From: a virus
Lineage: Duplodnaviria > Caudoviricetes
DNA length: 50,276 nt
IMG/VR virus record: IMGVR_UViG_3300036786_000189
Span: 1-50,276 of that record
Reading direction: 5' to 3' (one strand)
Below, one piece after another: positions 26,425 to 35,566 of the stretch. Under the pieces are notes generated by a model, which saw only the letters and a program-made list of their open reading frames with translations, did no database searches and was not told the origin of the DNA. Every line of letters starts with the position of its first letter. Within the stretch, counting starts at the first letter, position 1. A program made the translations under genes and the position numbers.

Positions 26425-26459
26425 AAAAAAGCGGCCTCGCGGCGCGAACCGCGAGGCCG
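26425..26459 (-). terminator. Intrinsic terminator between terL and the gpW-like gene
   Basis: 11-bp stem CGGCCTCGCGG with a 6-nt loop, followed by C and T6 on the minus strand. Confidence 0.7.
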
Positions 26460-26520
26460 AGTTGGCAGCCGCCGCGGGGAGCCGCGACGACATCGGATGC
26501 CGCGACGGCGGCAAATGCGT

Positions 26521-28626
26521 TCATTCCATGAAGCGCGACTTGATCACGCGCCGCGCTGCGGGACGCGCGCCTGGCCGCGCTGTTGTGTTTGCGGGCGCAG
26601 CACCAGCGGGTGTCGCCCCTTCGATGCGCGCGGCATGCGCCATAAGGTCGTCCGCGCCGCCAGCGTCCGGTGCCGCGTGCATCGCCGTGCGCGCCGCCCA
26701 TTTGGCCGGCGTGTAGCGGTCGAGGCCGAGATGCGACGCCATCGCGCGCGCGCCGACCCAGATGTCGAGTTGCTCGTTCGCCTGACCGTGGCGCTTCTTC
26801 CACATCCGGCGCACGAGGCCGTCGCGTGTTTCGCTGGCGTCGAGATACTCCGCCGTGATCTGCGAGAAGAACGCCTCGTCGCAATTGCGCGGGAAGCGCG
26901 TGCAGGCGGCAGGCCATAGCCCGGTCTGCTCGTCCGGCCCGACGATCGTCTTCTGCAGGCTCGCGTAGAGCGCGCTCTTGAGCGGATGCGTGCCGAGCGG
27001 CCAGAGCAACACGCCGCGCTTGATCACCTTGCCGCGCCAGTTCACGTCCTGCTTCTTCGGCGTGCCGATGAAGGGTCGCGTGGCGCCGTCGCGCCCGTCC
27101 GTCGCGTAGACGTTGGGGCGGCGGCGGCAGAAATTGTAGACGGCATGGCTGGCGTAACCAGAATCCACGCCAAAGGCCTCGATGGGCCACACCCGGCCCC
27201 ATTGGTCCTCGTAAGGCCGCGCGATGATCTCGGCCAGCGCGTGCCAGGGTGCGTCGTCGAAGGCGTTGCCCTCGATGACGCCGTAGTCGAGCAGCCAGCA
27301 CGACATCTTGTCGCCCCAGCCATAGGTGCCCCATTCGAGGCGCGCCGGACTTTGCTGCACGTCGCAGAAGCCGGTGACGGCGAGCACGCCATCGGGAAGC
27401 GTCGGCCCCTTCTCGCGTTCCTCGCGCCGGGCATAGAGCTTCAGGTGATCCGGCGCCTCGCCGGTTTCCTCGTAGGCCTCGGCCTCCACTTGCTGGGTGA
27501 AGGTCTTGAGCTTCTCCGGGTTGTCCTTCGCGCCGAGATAGTCGCGAACGATCATCTCCCAATCGTGGAACGTGCTCTGGCCGCGCCAGAGATGAAACCC
27601 CGGTTGACGCCCGAACGTCTTGCGCTCGCGGAAAAGGTCCATCTCGACCTTCGGCACGATGTCGCCAGGCGCGCGATCATGCTCGCCGTCGCTCGGAAAC
27701 GTCTTGAGCCAGACGCCGCCCGCGTTCATCGCCTGCTTCTGCCAATGCGGCAGTGCGCAACCGCAACACGGCGCCGCGAGATAGGAGCCGAACGGCGCGC
27801 GGACATTGTCGTTCTTCAGGTTCGCGAGGCGGAACACGAAATAGTCGAGGCATTCCGGACACGGCCAGTACCAGCGGCGCTGATCGGACGCGTCGTAGAA
27901 CTGCGAGATGCGGCACGAGCCCTTGAGCTTGGGCGTCGAGGTCCACAGGCACTTGCCGCCGCGCACCATGTAGGTCGAATTGCGCTGGCGCATCTGCTCG
28001 ATGGGATCGCCGCGACCGCCCGCGTCGAGCGGAAACTCGCTGATCTCGTCGCCCCAGATGTGCTTGACCGTGATCGCCTGCAGGCCTTTGGACGAACCGG
28101 CATGCGTGATCTGCACGAAGCCGCCGCGAAAGCGTTTGTTGCTCGCCGTCGAGCCCGTCTCGTCGCGGCTCTTGACCTCCCGGACCTTGTGTTTCAGCGC
28201 CGGCGTCGCGTCGAGCGTCGGCTGAAACTTGATGCGATTGAACTTCTGCGCCTCGTCGATCGAGGGCAGCACCACGAGGAACGGCGCCGGCGCCTTGTCG
28301 ATGGAGGCGCCGATCCAGTTGACGCCGATCTCGCTCTTAATCATCTGCGCCGCGCACATCAGCGTGACATCGGTCGCGGGATGATTGATCGAGAGGCACT
28401 CCATCGGCTCGATGCCGTAAGGCGTCTCCGCGTTGTGCCACTTGCCCGGCCTGGGCGAACCCGATTCCGCGCTCACTTCGCGCGTGTCTTCGGCCCACTG
28501 AGCCACCGAAATGTCGGGCGGCACCGTGAAGCCGATGGTCAGCGCATCGAAGATCTGCACCTTGGCATTGCCGAGCTGCGCGAAATGCGGCGCGCGAAGA
28601 TCGACCGCCCGTTCAAGGTGCTGCAT
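26521..28626 (-). CDS. terL: Terminase large subunit, lambda GpA family (701 aa)
   Basis: AQMIKSE Walker A variant, GDEI Walker B, STP, SDQRRW.WPCPEC, VDSGY and NEQLD nuclease motifs. Confidence 0.96.
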   Translation of the reverse strand: MQHLERAVDLRAPHFAQLGNAKVQIFDALTIGFTVPPDISVAQWAEDTREVSAESGSPRPGKWHNAETPYGIEPMECLSINHPATDVTLMCAAQMIKSEIGVNWIGASIDKAPAPFLVVLPSIDEAQKFNRIKFQPTLDATPALKHKVREVKSRDETGSTASNKRFRGGFVQITHAGSSKGLQAITVKHIWGDEISEFPLDAGGRGDPIEQMRQRNSTYMVRGGKCLWTSTPKLKGSCRISQFYDASDQRRWYWPCPECLDYFVFRLANLKNDNVRAPFGSYLAAPCCGCALPHWQKQAMNAGGVWLKTFPSDGEHDRAPGDIVPKVEMDLFRERKTFGRQPGFHLWRGQSTFHDWEMIVRDYLGAKDNPEKLKTFTQQVEAEAYEETGEAPDHLKLYARREEREKGPTLPDGVLAVTGFCDVQQSPARLEWGTYGWGDKMSCWLLDYGVIEGNAFDDAPWHALAEIIARPYEDQWGRVWPIEAFGVDSGYASHAVYNFCRRRPNVYATDGRDGATRPFIGTPKKQDVNWRGKVIKRGVLLWPLGTHPLKSALYASLQKTIVGPDEQTGLWPAACTRFPRNCDEAFFSQITAEYLDASETRDGLVRRMWKKRHGQANEQLDIWVGARAMASHLGLDRYTPAKWAARTAMHAAPDAGGADDLMAHAARIEGATPAGAAPANTTARPGARPAARRVIKSRFME

Positions 28627-29182
28627 CGTCCTGCGGAGCCTGCCCTGTCGCGATCGCTTTCTTCAGCGTTGCGATGAAGTCCTCGAGTTGGGCGCGGTTT
28701 GCCTCGCGCAAGATCGACTGGATGGTCCGCGGGTCGCGTTCTTCTGCTAGGCGCTCGCAAAACACCGGCTCCGGTCCCATCATCCGGTCCCGCAAGGCCG
28801 ATGCGGCTTCGACCACGGCATCAAGCTGCTTCGTCGGATCGACGAGCTGGTTGATCGAGACCGCCCAATCGCGCTCCGCCTCCCAGGTCTTGATCTCTTC
28901 GAGCCGATGCTTGCCGCCGCGGCGCGTCGGATGGTCCGCCTTTGCAGGCTTCGCTTCCGAAGACGATGCGGAGGCATCGGCGATGCGCGGGTTGTCGGCG
29001 CGATGTTGCTTCAGTTGGGCCACATCGACGGTGCCTTCGGCGTCGAGCAGCCCTTCGTACTGTTGCAGATAGCGCGAGAGCGAACTGCGATTGATGCCAA
29101 GCAATCGCGCCGCTTCTGCGGGCTTTACGCGGCCCGAAGTGTTGCAGCGTGCTGCATCATCAGGTGCAACCTGTTGCATCAC
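28613..29182 (-). CDS. terS: Terminase small subunit (Nu1-like)
   Basis: N-terminal HTH AEAARLLGINRSSLSRY; overlaps the terL start. Confidence 0.8.
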   Translation of the reverse strand: MMQQVAPDDAARCNTSGRVKPAEAARLLGINRSSLSRYLQQYEGLLDAEGTVDVAQLKQHRADNPRIADASASSSEAKPAKADHPTRRGGKHRLEEIKTWEAERDWAVSINQLVDPTKQLDAVVEAASALRDRMMGPEPVFCERLAEERDPRTIQSILREANRAQLEDFIATLKKAIATGQAPQDDAAP

Positions 29183-29207
29183 TTTCCAAAAGCTCCACTA
29201 CAAAGTC

Positions 29208-29253
29208 GAAACGCGCAGTTTGCCCGTATTCGATCTGGCCGCAGGAAGGACCC
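29208..29253 (-). promoter_or_regulatory. Putative cos site (cosQ/cosN-like)
   Basis: GGGTCCT (lambda cosQ heptamer) at 29253-29247, then 17 nt, then ATACGGGCAAACTGCGCG, just upstream of terS. Confidence 0.6.
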
Positions 29254-29446
29254 ACGCGTTGGGGTGCGGGCCATGCGCCGCGTGCATAGCGAGCGCAGCC
29301 GCGCGACGCGTGCGCGATCAAGTGGCCTGTTTCCCGGAGATATGTCGGTGTCGATGCGCCCGAAAGCGTTGCGCCCGGCAAGCCGTTTCGGGCCGCCGGG
29401 CGCATTTCAACATCCGCACCCCTTGTCAACGATTCGGCGAAGTCCG

Positions 29447-30124
29447 TCAAGCCCCCGCGAGCCACGGCTCCGGCGGCGGCAACGCGTCGGCGAGCGTGTG
29501 CGTGCCCAACATGCCCGGCTCGCTCAAGCTGGCATGCACATCGCTGATCGCACGCGCCCAGCGTTCATAGGCCTGTCGCCGCTCGGCCACGATCTCCGGC
29601 AAATCCCCGCGATAGTAGAACAGCCGAAACGGGCAGATGTGGCGCTTGCGCTTCTTGTCGAGGTGCAACGCGTGGCCGGTTGGGCCGCGTTCGACGGTGA
29701 TCGACGGATACGGCGTCCAATCTGGCCGCGCGCCTATGATGGCATACTCGCGCACCACGCCCGCCATGCGTCCGGTCAACAGCACGGCGCGCATCACGGC
29801 ATAGGCATCGGCTGGCGCTTCAAAGCCAAGGTTCATGCTCGATCCAACGGCCGCGCCGATGCGTTCGGAGTTCGCCGCGCCCGGATAGCCGCGCGGTCCA
29901 AAGCCAGCCGCCGCGCCCATGCCTTGCATCCGCGCCAAGTGAACCTTCTCGCGCGCATACGCCCAGTTCAACAGCCACTCCACAGTTACAGCCTGTCGGC
30001 TATCAATCTCTAAGGGAGTAAGGGATGTATCTGATAATCTCGCATGTGGGCGCGCGCGCTCACGCAAAGCTATGGGATCGGCTCCATCCCTCCCCGAACC
30101 GCTAACCGTTTTCACCACCGTCAT
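29447..30124 (-). CDS. Hypothetical protein, possible late-gene regulator (start uncertain)
   Basis: EWLLNWAYAREK...RPDW...YERWARAI...PPEPW; lambda-Q position between replication genes and terS. Confidence 0.55.
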   Translation of the reverse strand: MTVVKTVSGSGRDGADPIALRERARPHARLSDTSLTPLEIDSRQAVTVEWLLNWAYAREKVHLARMQGMGAAAGFGPRGYPGAANSERIGAAVGSSMNLGFEAPADAYAVMRAVLLTGRMAGVVREYAIIGARPDWTPYPSITVERGPTGHALHLDKKRKRHICPFRLFYYRGDLPEIVAERRQAYERWARAISDVHASLSEPGMLGTHTLADALPPPEPWLAGA

Positions 30125-30275
30125 TTTCCCTCGCTTGCCCAATGGGGAGGAATGGGGACGAAGGGACAAACGAGAAAACGACCTAGTATGTGGGCGCGCG
30201 CCGACACACAAGCCGAAAACCCGCCGCCGCGCCTTTGGCAAGTCGCAATCATCCCTTCGTCCCCATCCCTCCCCA
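30044..30275. repeat. Inverted plus direct repeats, candidate replication origin
   Basis: 24-bp IR with 1 mismatch (30143-30166 / 30252-30275); 14-bp direct repeat ATGTGGGCGCGCGC (30044-30057, 30188-30201); immediately downstream of the helicase gene. Confidence 0.65.
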
Positions 30276-30305
30276 ATATCGTCCCGGCTTTGAAGCGCTG
30301 CGTCA

Positions 30306-31832
30306 TCATGTCGGGTCACCGACCACATGCACGCCCACATACACCGTGTTGCCGCCCGTCTTGCGGCGCTCTATGCCGCGCCCGGTGAGCTTGGTGCCGA
30401 AGGTGCGCCCGGTCAGCGGATCGAGGCCTTCGTCCTTGCACCACTCGGTATAGACCTCGCGCAGCCGCTTCGCGCTCGTCTCGAACGGCCGCGCCGTCGA
30501 GGGATTGATCGCGTGCGCGCTCACCTCGCAGCGCGCCTTCAGGAACTCGCCCACGGGATCCTCGTCGGCACGATAGGCTTCGACGGCGGCGATGGCCGCT
30601 TCTGGCGGGCGCAATCCCGTGGCGAACCATTCCTCGCAGCCGTCGAGCATCCATTGCAGGATGCCCTCGGCTTCTTCGAGCAGCTTGGCTTCGAGGTTGC
30701 GGTCGATCTTGTCGTCCGGGATCGACACTGTGAACGGCACGAGCCGGATGCGCCGCCAGATGCCGCGATCGGTGCCGCGGATCACCGGCTTGTGGTTGGT
30801 CGAGATGACCGCCTTGAACACCGGCCGGAAATCGAAGAAGCCCTGGTTGAGGTGGCGCACGGTCATCGTCTCGCCGCCCGACATATCCTTGACCTTCGCC
30901 TCGTCGAGACGCGCGCCTTCGGGCGGCTCGGCCGCGCTCACCATGCGCGCACCCGGCAGGCGCGCCAGGTCCGGCGAGGCCTCGGCGCCGCCAGAGCCTT
31001 CGCGCTTGGCCAGGAACGTGGCAATGGGCGAGTTCATCGCATAGCTCGCCATGATGAACCGGATGATGTTCATCAGCGTCGATTTGCCGTTGCTGCCCGT
31101 GCCGTAGAAAATGAAGAACACCTGCTCGCGCATCGAGCCGGTCAGACAATAGCCGAGGATGCGCTGGAGGAACGCGCGCATCTCTTCGTCCGGCATGATC
31201 TGTTCGAGGAACGCCTCGAAGCGCGGGCATTGCGCAGCCGTGTTGTACTTCACGCCCAGCACGCGCGTGATGCGGTCGGCGCGCCGGCTTTCGCGCAGCT
31301 CGCAATGCGTCGAAAGCTCGATGGTGCCGTTGGGCGCGGCGAGCAGATAGGTGTCTGCGTCGAGCGCCTCGACGCGCTCGGCGAGATAGGGCTTTGACGC
31401 CGCCAGCATCGCGCTCACGCGCGAGGTATTTCCCGTCTGCACCGACCACGCATAGAGACGGTCGATGCGCTCCGGCGACACCTTGCCGGGCTTCGCTTGG
31501 AGCGCCTTCGCCTCGGCGATGATCTGCTGGCTCACCTGGTGGCCGCGTTTGATCGCGTGCGCCTCGCCGCTCTCCACATCCCAGCGCGCGCCGTCCCAAG
31601 TGAACCAGCCGACCTTCTCGACATGCATCAAGTCCTCGCCGAAGCGCGTCTGCAGCCGCTTGGCGTTGCCGAAATCATTGAGCGGCGCGTAGGACAGAAC
31701 ACGGTCGACATCGTCGCCCTCATCGGCGTCGCCGGGCGCAAACGCACCCCGCTCCGCCTTTCGCTTCGAGCCCTTGGGCGCGGCGACAGGCGTAAGGTCT
31801 TCTTCGTCGAACGGATCGCCGTGATCGCTCAT
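30306..31832 (-). CDS. P4-family/D5-type SF3 helicase without an N-terminal primase domain (508 aa)
   Basis: D5_N-like NDFGNAKR, Walker A GTGSNGKST, TNHKP and GIWRR motifs, C-terminal winged-helix-like region. Confidence 0.92.
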   Translation of the reverse strand: MSDHGDPFDEEDLTPVAAPKGSKRKAERGAFAPGDADEGDDVDRVLSYAPLNDFGNAKRLQTRFGEDLMHVEKVGWFTWDGARWDVESGEAHAIKRGHQVSQQIIAEAKALQAKPGKVSPERIDRLYAWSVQTGNTSRVSAMLAASKPYLAERVEALDADTYLLAAPNGTIELSTHCELRESRRADRITRVLGVKYNTAAQCPRFEAFLEQIMPDEEMRAFLQRILGYCLTGSMREQVFFIFYGTGSNGKSTLMNIIRFIMASYAMNSPIATFLAKREGSGGAEASPDLARLPGARMVSAAEPPEGARLDEAKVKDMSGGETMTVRHLNQGFFDFRPVFKAVISTNHKPVIRGTDRGIWRRIRLVPFTVSIPDDKIDRNLEAKLLEEAEGILQWMLDGCEEWFATGLRPPEAAIAAVEAYRADEDPVGEFLKARCEVSAHAINPSTARPFETSAKRLREVYTEWCKDEGLDPLTGRTFGTKLTGRGIERRKTGGNTVYVGVHVVGDPT

Positions 31833-32389
31833 GGCCCCCCGTTCACTGGGGTCGTTCCCATTCGACGCGCGAAGCGGTCCATGAACGCTTTGTTCCGAAG
31901 CCGCGTGCGCTCGCGGCTGCGCTCCGCCTCAAATTGAAAATAGGAGAGCTGCGCCTTGAGCAGACCCACATCGCGCCGACAGTCACCCGAATTGCGAAGG
32001 AGCGAGACGATGAACTCCCAATCCGGCGGAGCCTTCTGGCGCATCGGTGCGCGCCGCTTGACGGCAAATCTCTCGCCATCCCATTCCTGCAACCCGGCAT
32101 AGTCCGGAAGCTCGCTAAGTTGGACGAGGCCTGGCGGCGTCACATACCAGAAGCGATCTGACCATTGCAGCGCGCCGGCCTGCTTATCGTCGCCATCGCG
32201 CAAAAAATCCGAGCGGCTCACCTTGATCTCGTAGGCGCACGCGCGAAAATGCGCGGACCCGATAGGCTCAAGGGTCCAGAAGTCAATACGTCGCTTTCCG
32301 GAGAACAGTGTTAACTCCGTCGCCCATATTTTGTCGTCGGATGTGGCGATCAGTGCATCCAGAATGTTGTCCGCGCTCAACGGTTTCAT
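31829..32389 (-). CDS. MmcB-like PD-(D/E)xK nuclease (186 aa)
   Basis: RIDF...YEIKVSRSDFLRD...K...SDRFWYVTP...ELP..AGL. Confidence 0.85.
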   Translation of the reverse strand: MKPLSADNILDALIATSDDKIWATELTLFSGKRRIDFWTLEPIGSAHFRACAYEIKVSRSDFLRDGDDKQAGALQWSDRFWYVTPPGLVQLSELPDYAGLQEWDGERFAVKRRAPMRQKAPPDWEFIVSLLRNSGDCRRDVGLLKAQLSYFQFEAERSRERTRLRNKAFMDRFARRMGTTPVNGGP

Positions 32390-32601
32390 CGCCCCTCGCG
32401 ATCTGCCGCGTCACAGAGCCCGCGCGCTTGCCATGCAGCCCATCCGGCGCGCGCTGTCGCCAACACGTAGTCGCCGCCACGCGAGCGCGTGAGCAGCGCT
32501 ATGGCCTCCTCGCGGCGCAATGCGCGCGTCACCCAAGCCTCGAAGCGTAGCCGCTCGATCTCGGTCGGTGACACGGCGTTGAGCGGCACGACGGTAGCCA
32601 T
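32386..32601 (-). CDS. Hypothetical protein (71 aa)
   Basis: Coupled to both neighbours; RFEAW...AWQAR pattern seen in small phage proteins. Confidence 0.6.
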   Translation of the reverse strand: MATVVPLNAVSPTEIERLRFEAWVTRALRREEAIALLTRSRGGDYVLATARAGWAAWQARGLCDAADREGR

Positions 32602-33470
32602 CAGGTCCCCACGTTGTTCGCCGGACGATACAAAGCCCGCGGCGCGCCCTCGCCGTTCAGGACGCGCAGATACTTGTCGGTTTCGCAGAGGATGTTCGGC
32701 ACGTCGGAGAAATCCATCTCGACGCCCGTCTCCTGGCGGATGGTCTCATAGAGCGTGCGCAGTTCGGCGAGTGCCCGCCATTGGGGCAGCGCGAAGTCGG
32801 TGGCGCGTCCGGCGATGCGGTTGAGGCCGCGCACCGTGCCTGGTCCTGCCGCTGCCCAGGTTTCCACATCGTCGGCGCCGCGCAACAATGCGGTGAAGCG
32901 CATGTCCACCACGACCTGATACGCCATGAATGCGCCCCAGCCCTGATACTTCGACAGAGCTATGTGCGTGTCGCGCAGCGTCGCCGCGCGGACCGAGCCA
33001 TCGAGCATCGCCCCGATCCGCAGCCGGTCGCGCCACGGCTCGCCCAAGACGGTTTTGACCACATAATCGATCTTCGACGCCCCCTTCGTCGCCGGAGCGT
33101 TGATCGTATAGGCGCCGGTAAAGACCTTCTCGCCGCGCGCCTGGCGCATCGCTAAAATTTCGCAAAGGCGTGGCAGCACGAATTGTGGATCGCTGGGCAG
33201 TCCGGCGATGATTTCTTGAAGCGTATCCGGCCAGTTGATCCAGCGACCTATCGCCAGCATGAACCATAGATTCGGCAGACCGGCGAAGCGCTCGCGGATG
33301 TTGCGCCGAATCCAGACCGTCACGCGGTCGTCCTCGCGCCGCACATTGCAGAAGCGGTACTTGGCGAGGATCGGATCGTCGGTCCACGGCATGGGCGCGC
33401 CGCTTTCCTTGCGGATACGCATAGCCTCGCGCTCGCGGACCCAATGTCGTAGGGCCTCGGCTGCGATCAT
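32601..33470 (-). CDS. 5-hmdU DNA kinase helical-domain / aGPT-Pplase1-like protein, stand-alone (289 aa)
   Basis: ERE.MR.RK..G...PWTDDPIL.KYRFCNVRREDDR, FTGAY, GAFMAYQVVVD, GPGT.RGL and LCE.DKY motifs; no P-loop. Confidence 0.82.
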   Translation of the reverse strand: MIAAEALRHWVREREAMRIRKESGAPMPWTDDPILAKYRFCNVRREDDRVTVWIRRNIRERFAGLPNLWFMLAIGRWINWPDTLQEIIAGLPSDPQFVLPRLCEILAMRQARGEKVFTGAYTINAPATKGASKIDYVVKTVLGEPWRDRLRIGAMLDGSVRAATLRDTHIALSKYQGWGAFMAYQVVVDMRFTALLRGADDVETWAAAGPGTVRGLNRIAGRATDFALPQWRALAELRTLYETIRQETGVEMDFSDVPNILCETDKYLRVLNGEGAPRALYRPANNVGT

Positions 33471-34360
33471 GCCGCGTCACTCCTTCCCATCGGCCAGGTC
33501 AGCCCGGCGAGCTTCTCGACGCCGCCGCTCCACAGCGGCACCTTGGTCTCGTACTCCGGAGGCGGCGTGACGCTCGCGGTGACGGCCGCGTAGACCGCCA
33601 CGACGCTGTCCACGCTGCGGCCCACCTTCGGGCCGAGGACCAGCGAGCGCTTCACGCCTTCCATCAGCCCGCGCAACAGCGCCGGCGACGCGCCCGCGGT
33701 CAGTTCCGTCAACAGGTCCACGTCCTCGTCCGGAAGGTCGAAGGGCGCGGCATAGCGCTTGATGATGGCGAAGCGTTCTTCGTCGCCCGGCAGGTCTATC
33801 GGGATCTGCATGTCGAAGCGCCGCCACAGCGCCGGGTCGAGGAAGTCGTGCCTGTTCGTGGCGGCGAGCCCGATGCCCTCGAATTGCTCGATGCGCCGCA
33901 GCAGCACGTTGAGCGAGTTCGCCCGCTCGACGCTCGCGCCCTGGTCGTTCATCCGCCTGCCGCCGATCGCGTCGACCTCGTCGAAGAACATCACGACCTT
34001 GCCCTCGGTCTCGTCCATCGCCCGGAACAGCTTGTCGATGTTCTGCCCGGTCGCGCCGAGATAGGCCGCGATCAGGCTCTCCGAACGCACACAGGCGAGC
34101 GGGAAGCCGAGCCGCGCGGCGAAGTGGTGCGCGAACGTGGTCTTGCCGCAGCCCGGTGGGCCGTAGAGCAGCGCCAGATGGCGCGCCTTGAGCCCCGCGG
34201 CCTTCAGCTCCTTCTTGAGCCTGAGTTCGCTCATCCACTCGAACAGCGCCGCGCGCACGGCAGGCGCGAGGATCGGTTCCTCGCATTCCTCCGGCAGCAT
34301 GATGTCGGCGAAGGGCGAGAGGTGACGCTTCACCTTGTCGTACTCGGCGTCCTTGCTCAT
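33467..34360 (-). CDS. AAA+ ATPase (297 aa)
   Basis: GPPGCGKT, FFDEVD and ATNR..FLDPALWRRF motifs. Confidence 0.93.
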   Translation of the reverse strand: MSKDAEYDKVKRHLSPFADIMLPEECEEPILAPAVRAALFEWMSELRLKKELKAAGLKARHLALLYGPPGCGKTTFAHHFAARLGFPLACVRSESLIAAYLGATGQNIDKLFRAMDETEGKVVMFFDEVDAIGGRRMNDQGASVERANSLNVLLRRIEQFEGIGLAATNRHDFLDPALWRRFDMQIPIDLPGDEERFAIIKRYAAPFDLPDEDVDLLTELTAGASPALLRGLMEGVKRSLVLGPKVGRSVDSVVAVYAAVTASVTPPPEYETKVPLWSGGVEKLAGLTWPMGRSDAA

Positions 34361-34980
34361 GGCGCGCCATCGCCATCGGGCTTGCCGTCGCCTTTGCCGT
34401 CCTCGTCATCGGGCTTTTTCTTTTCCTTGCGGCGCCAGGCCTTCGGCAATTCCATGCCGTCCGTGCCCGTCTCCGCGCACCAGCCCTCGTCCCAGGCAGC
34501 GCGGCGCGGATCGTTCGCGGTGTAGGGATTGTCGAACACCCGCTTGCCGTCCCGCGCGGCCTGCGCGCCGGCGTCGCGCGCCTTGGCGATTTCTTCCGGG
34601 CCTAGCGCGTCCGGCTTCTTTTCGGGCGCCCCCCCCCGTGCCTGCTCGTCACCGTCCGATTCCGGCTTGTCGTCCTCGCCGGACAGGCGCTTGCGGGCAT
34701 CCTCGCCGAGCGGCGTGCCGTGCAGCATGCCGATGGAGGCGCGGTACATCTGGTCGAGCGCCTGGCGCTCGCGAAGCGTCTGCTCGTCCTCCTTGCGGTC
34801 GCGGACAATGCCCTTGATGACCTTCACGTTGAAGCCGCGGCTGCGCGCCTGCTCGTATTCCTCCGTGATCTGCTCGGCGATTTCCTTCTTCTTGATTTCG
34901 AGCAGCTCGACGCGCTCGATCACGCCCAGCAGCTCGTTGCCGATGCTGCTGGTGTTCTTCGCGGGCTTGCGGATTGCCAT
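34357..34980 (-). CDS. GapR/DUF2312-like DNA-binding protein with Rmf-like C-terminal extension (207 aa)
   Basis: IERVELLE.KKKEIAEQI...Y..ARSRGFNVK.I..IV..RK; C-terminal G.QAARDG...NPY...W.EGW. Confidence 0.8.
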   Translation of the reverse strand: MAIRKPAKNTSSIGNELLGVIERVELLEIKKKEIAEQITEEYEQARSRGFNVKVIKGIVRDRKEDEQTLRERQALDQMYRASIGMLHGTPLGEDARKRLSGEDDKPESDGDEQARGGAPEKKPDALGPEEIAKARDAGAQAARDGKRVFDNPYTANDPRRAAWDEGWCAETGTDGMELPKAWRRKEKKKPDDEDGKGDGKPDGDGAP

Positions 34981-34981
34981 G

Positions 34982-35566
34982 TCAGCCCTCCGCCGTTTCG
35001 GCGCGGCTGAAGCCCACGACGATGCCCTTCTCGTCATCGACCTGGCCGTCGAGGAAGTGCTGGCCGTCCGCGCACGCCACATAGAACCCGGCATGGTCGT
35101 CGCCCTGCACGAGCGCGACCTCGGCGTCGTACTCGACGGTTACGACGGTGCATTCCTTCAGGCAGGTGAACGCCTCGTCGGCGATGAGACGGTCGCCTGC
35201 TTTGAGGTCTTGGATTTTGACAGGCGTGGCGGCGCGGTTTCCGGTGACACCATCGAAGAGCTTGTCCAGCGCACCGCTCTTGGCGTCTTCCTCGATCTGG
35301 CGATCCCAAGCATCCGACTCGGCGGACGTCAGTTCATGATCTTCCGCGCGGCGGAAGCCAACGACGGGAAGGAAGCGATGCGGCTTGCCGGTGAGATAGT
35401 GGCGGCCCAATGCGCATTGCACGAACGGCTCCGCGTCCGTCGCCATCAATTGGCGTTCGACCTCGACTGTGACGACTTCTCCGGGCTGGATGCAGTCGTA
35501 GCCGCCATCGTCTTGGTGTGTCAGGCGGTCTCCAGCCTTCAACTCGTGCGCATATAACGTGGTCAT
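34982..35566 (-). CDS. Hypothetical protein with a tandem duplicated beta domain (194 aa)
   Basis: Two copies of LKAGDRL...C...VVTVE...V.C..G.H.L.G...VVGF.RAE. Confidence 0.75.
   Translation of the reverse strand: MTTLYAHELKAGDRLTHQDDGGYDCIQPGEVVTVEVERQLMATDAEPFVQCALGRHYLTGKPHRFLPVVGFRRAEDHELTSAESDAWDRQIEEDAKSGALDKLFDGVTGNRAATPVKIQDLKAGDRLIADEAFTCLKECTVVTVEYDAEVALVQGDDHAGFYVACADGQHFLDGQVDDEKGIVVGFSRAETAEG

Noticed and set aside
29400-29449. TTGACA/TTGACG on the minus strand as the late promoter
   Set aside because: No convincing -10 at the expected spacing
33467-34360. AAA ATPase as the missing 5-hmdU kinase, or as half of an ATPase-S8 protease defence pair
   Set aside because: Motifs are classical AAA+, not nucleotide kinase; no S8 peptidase in the window
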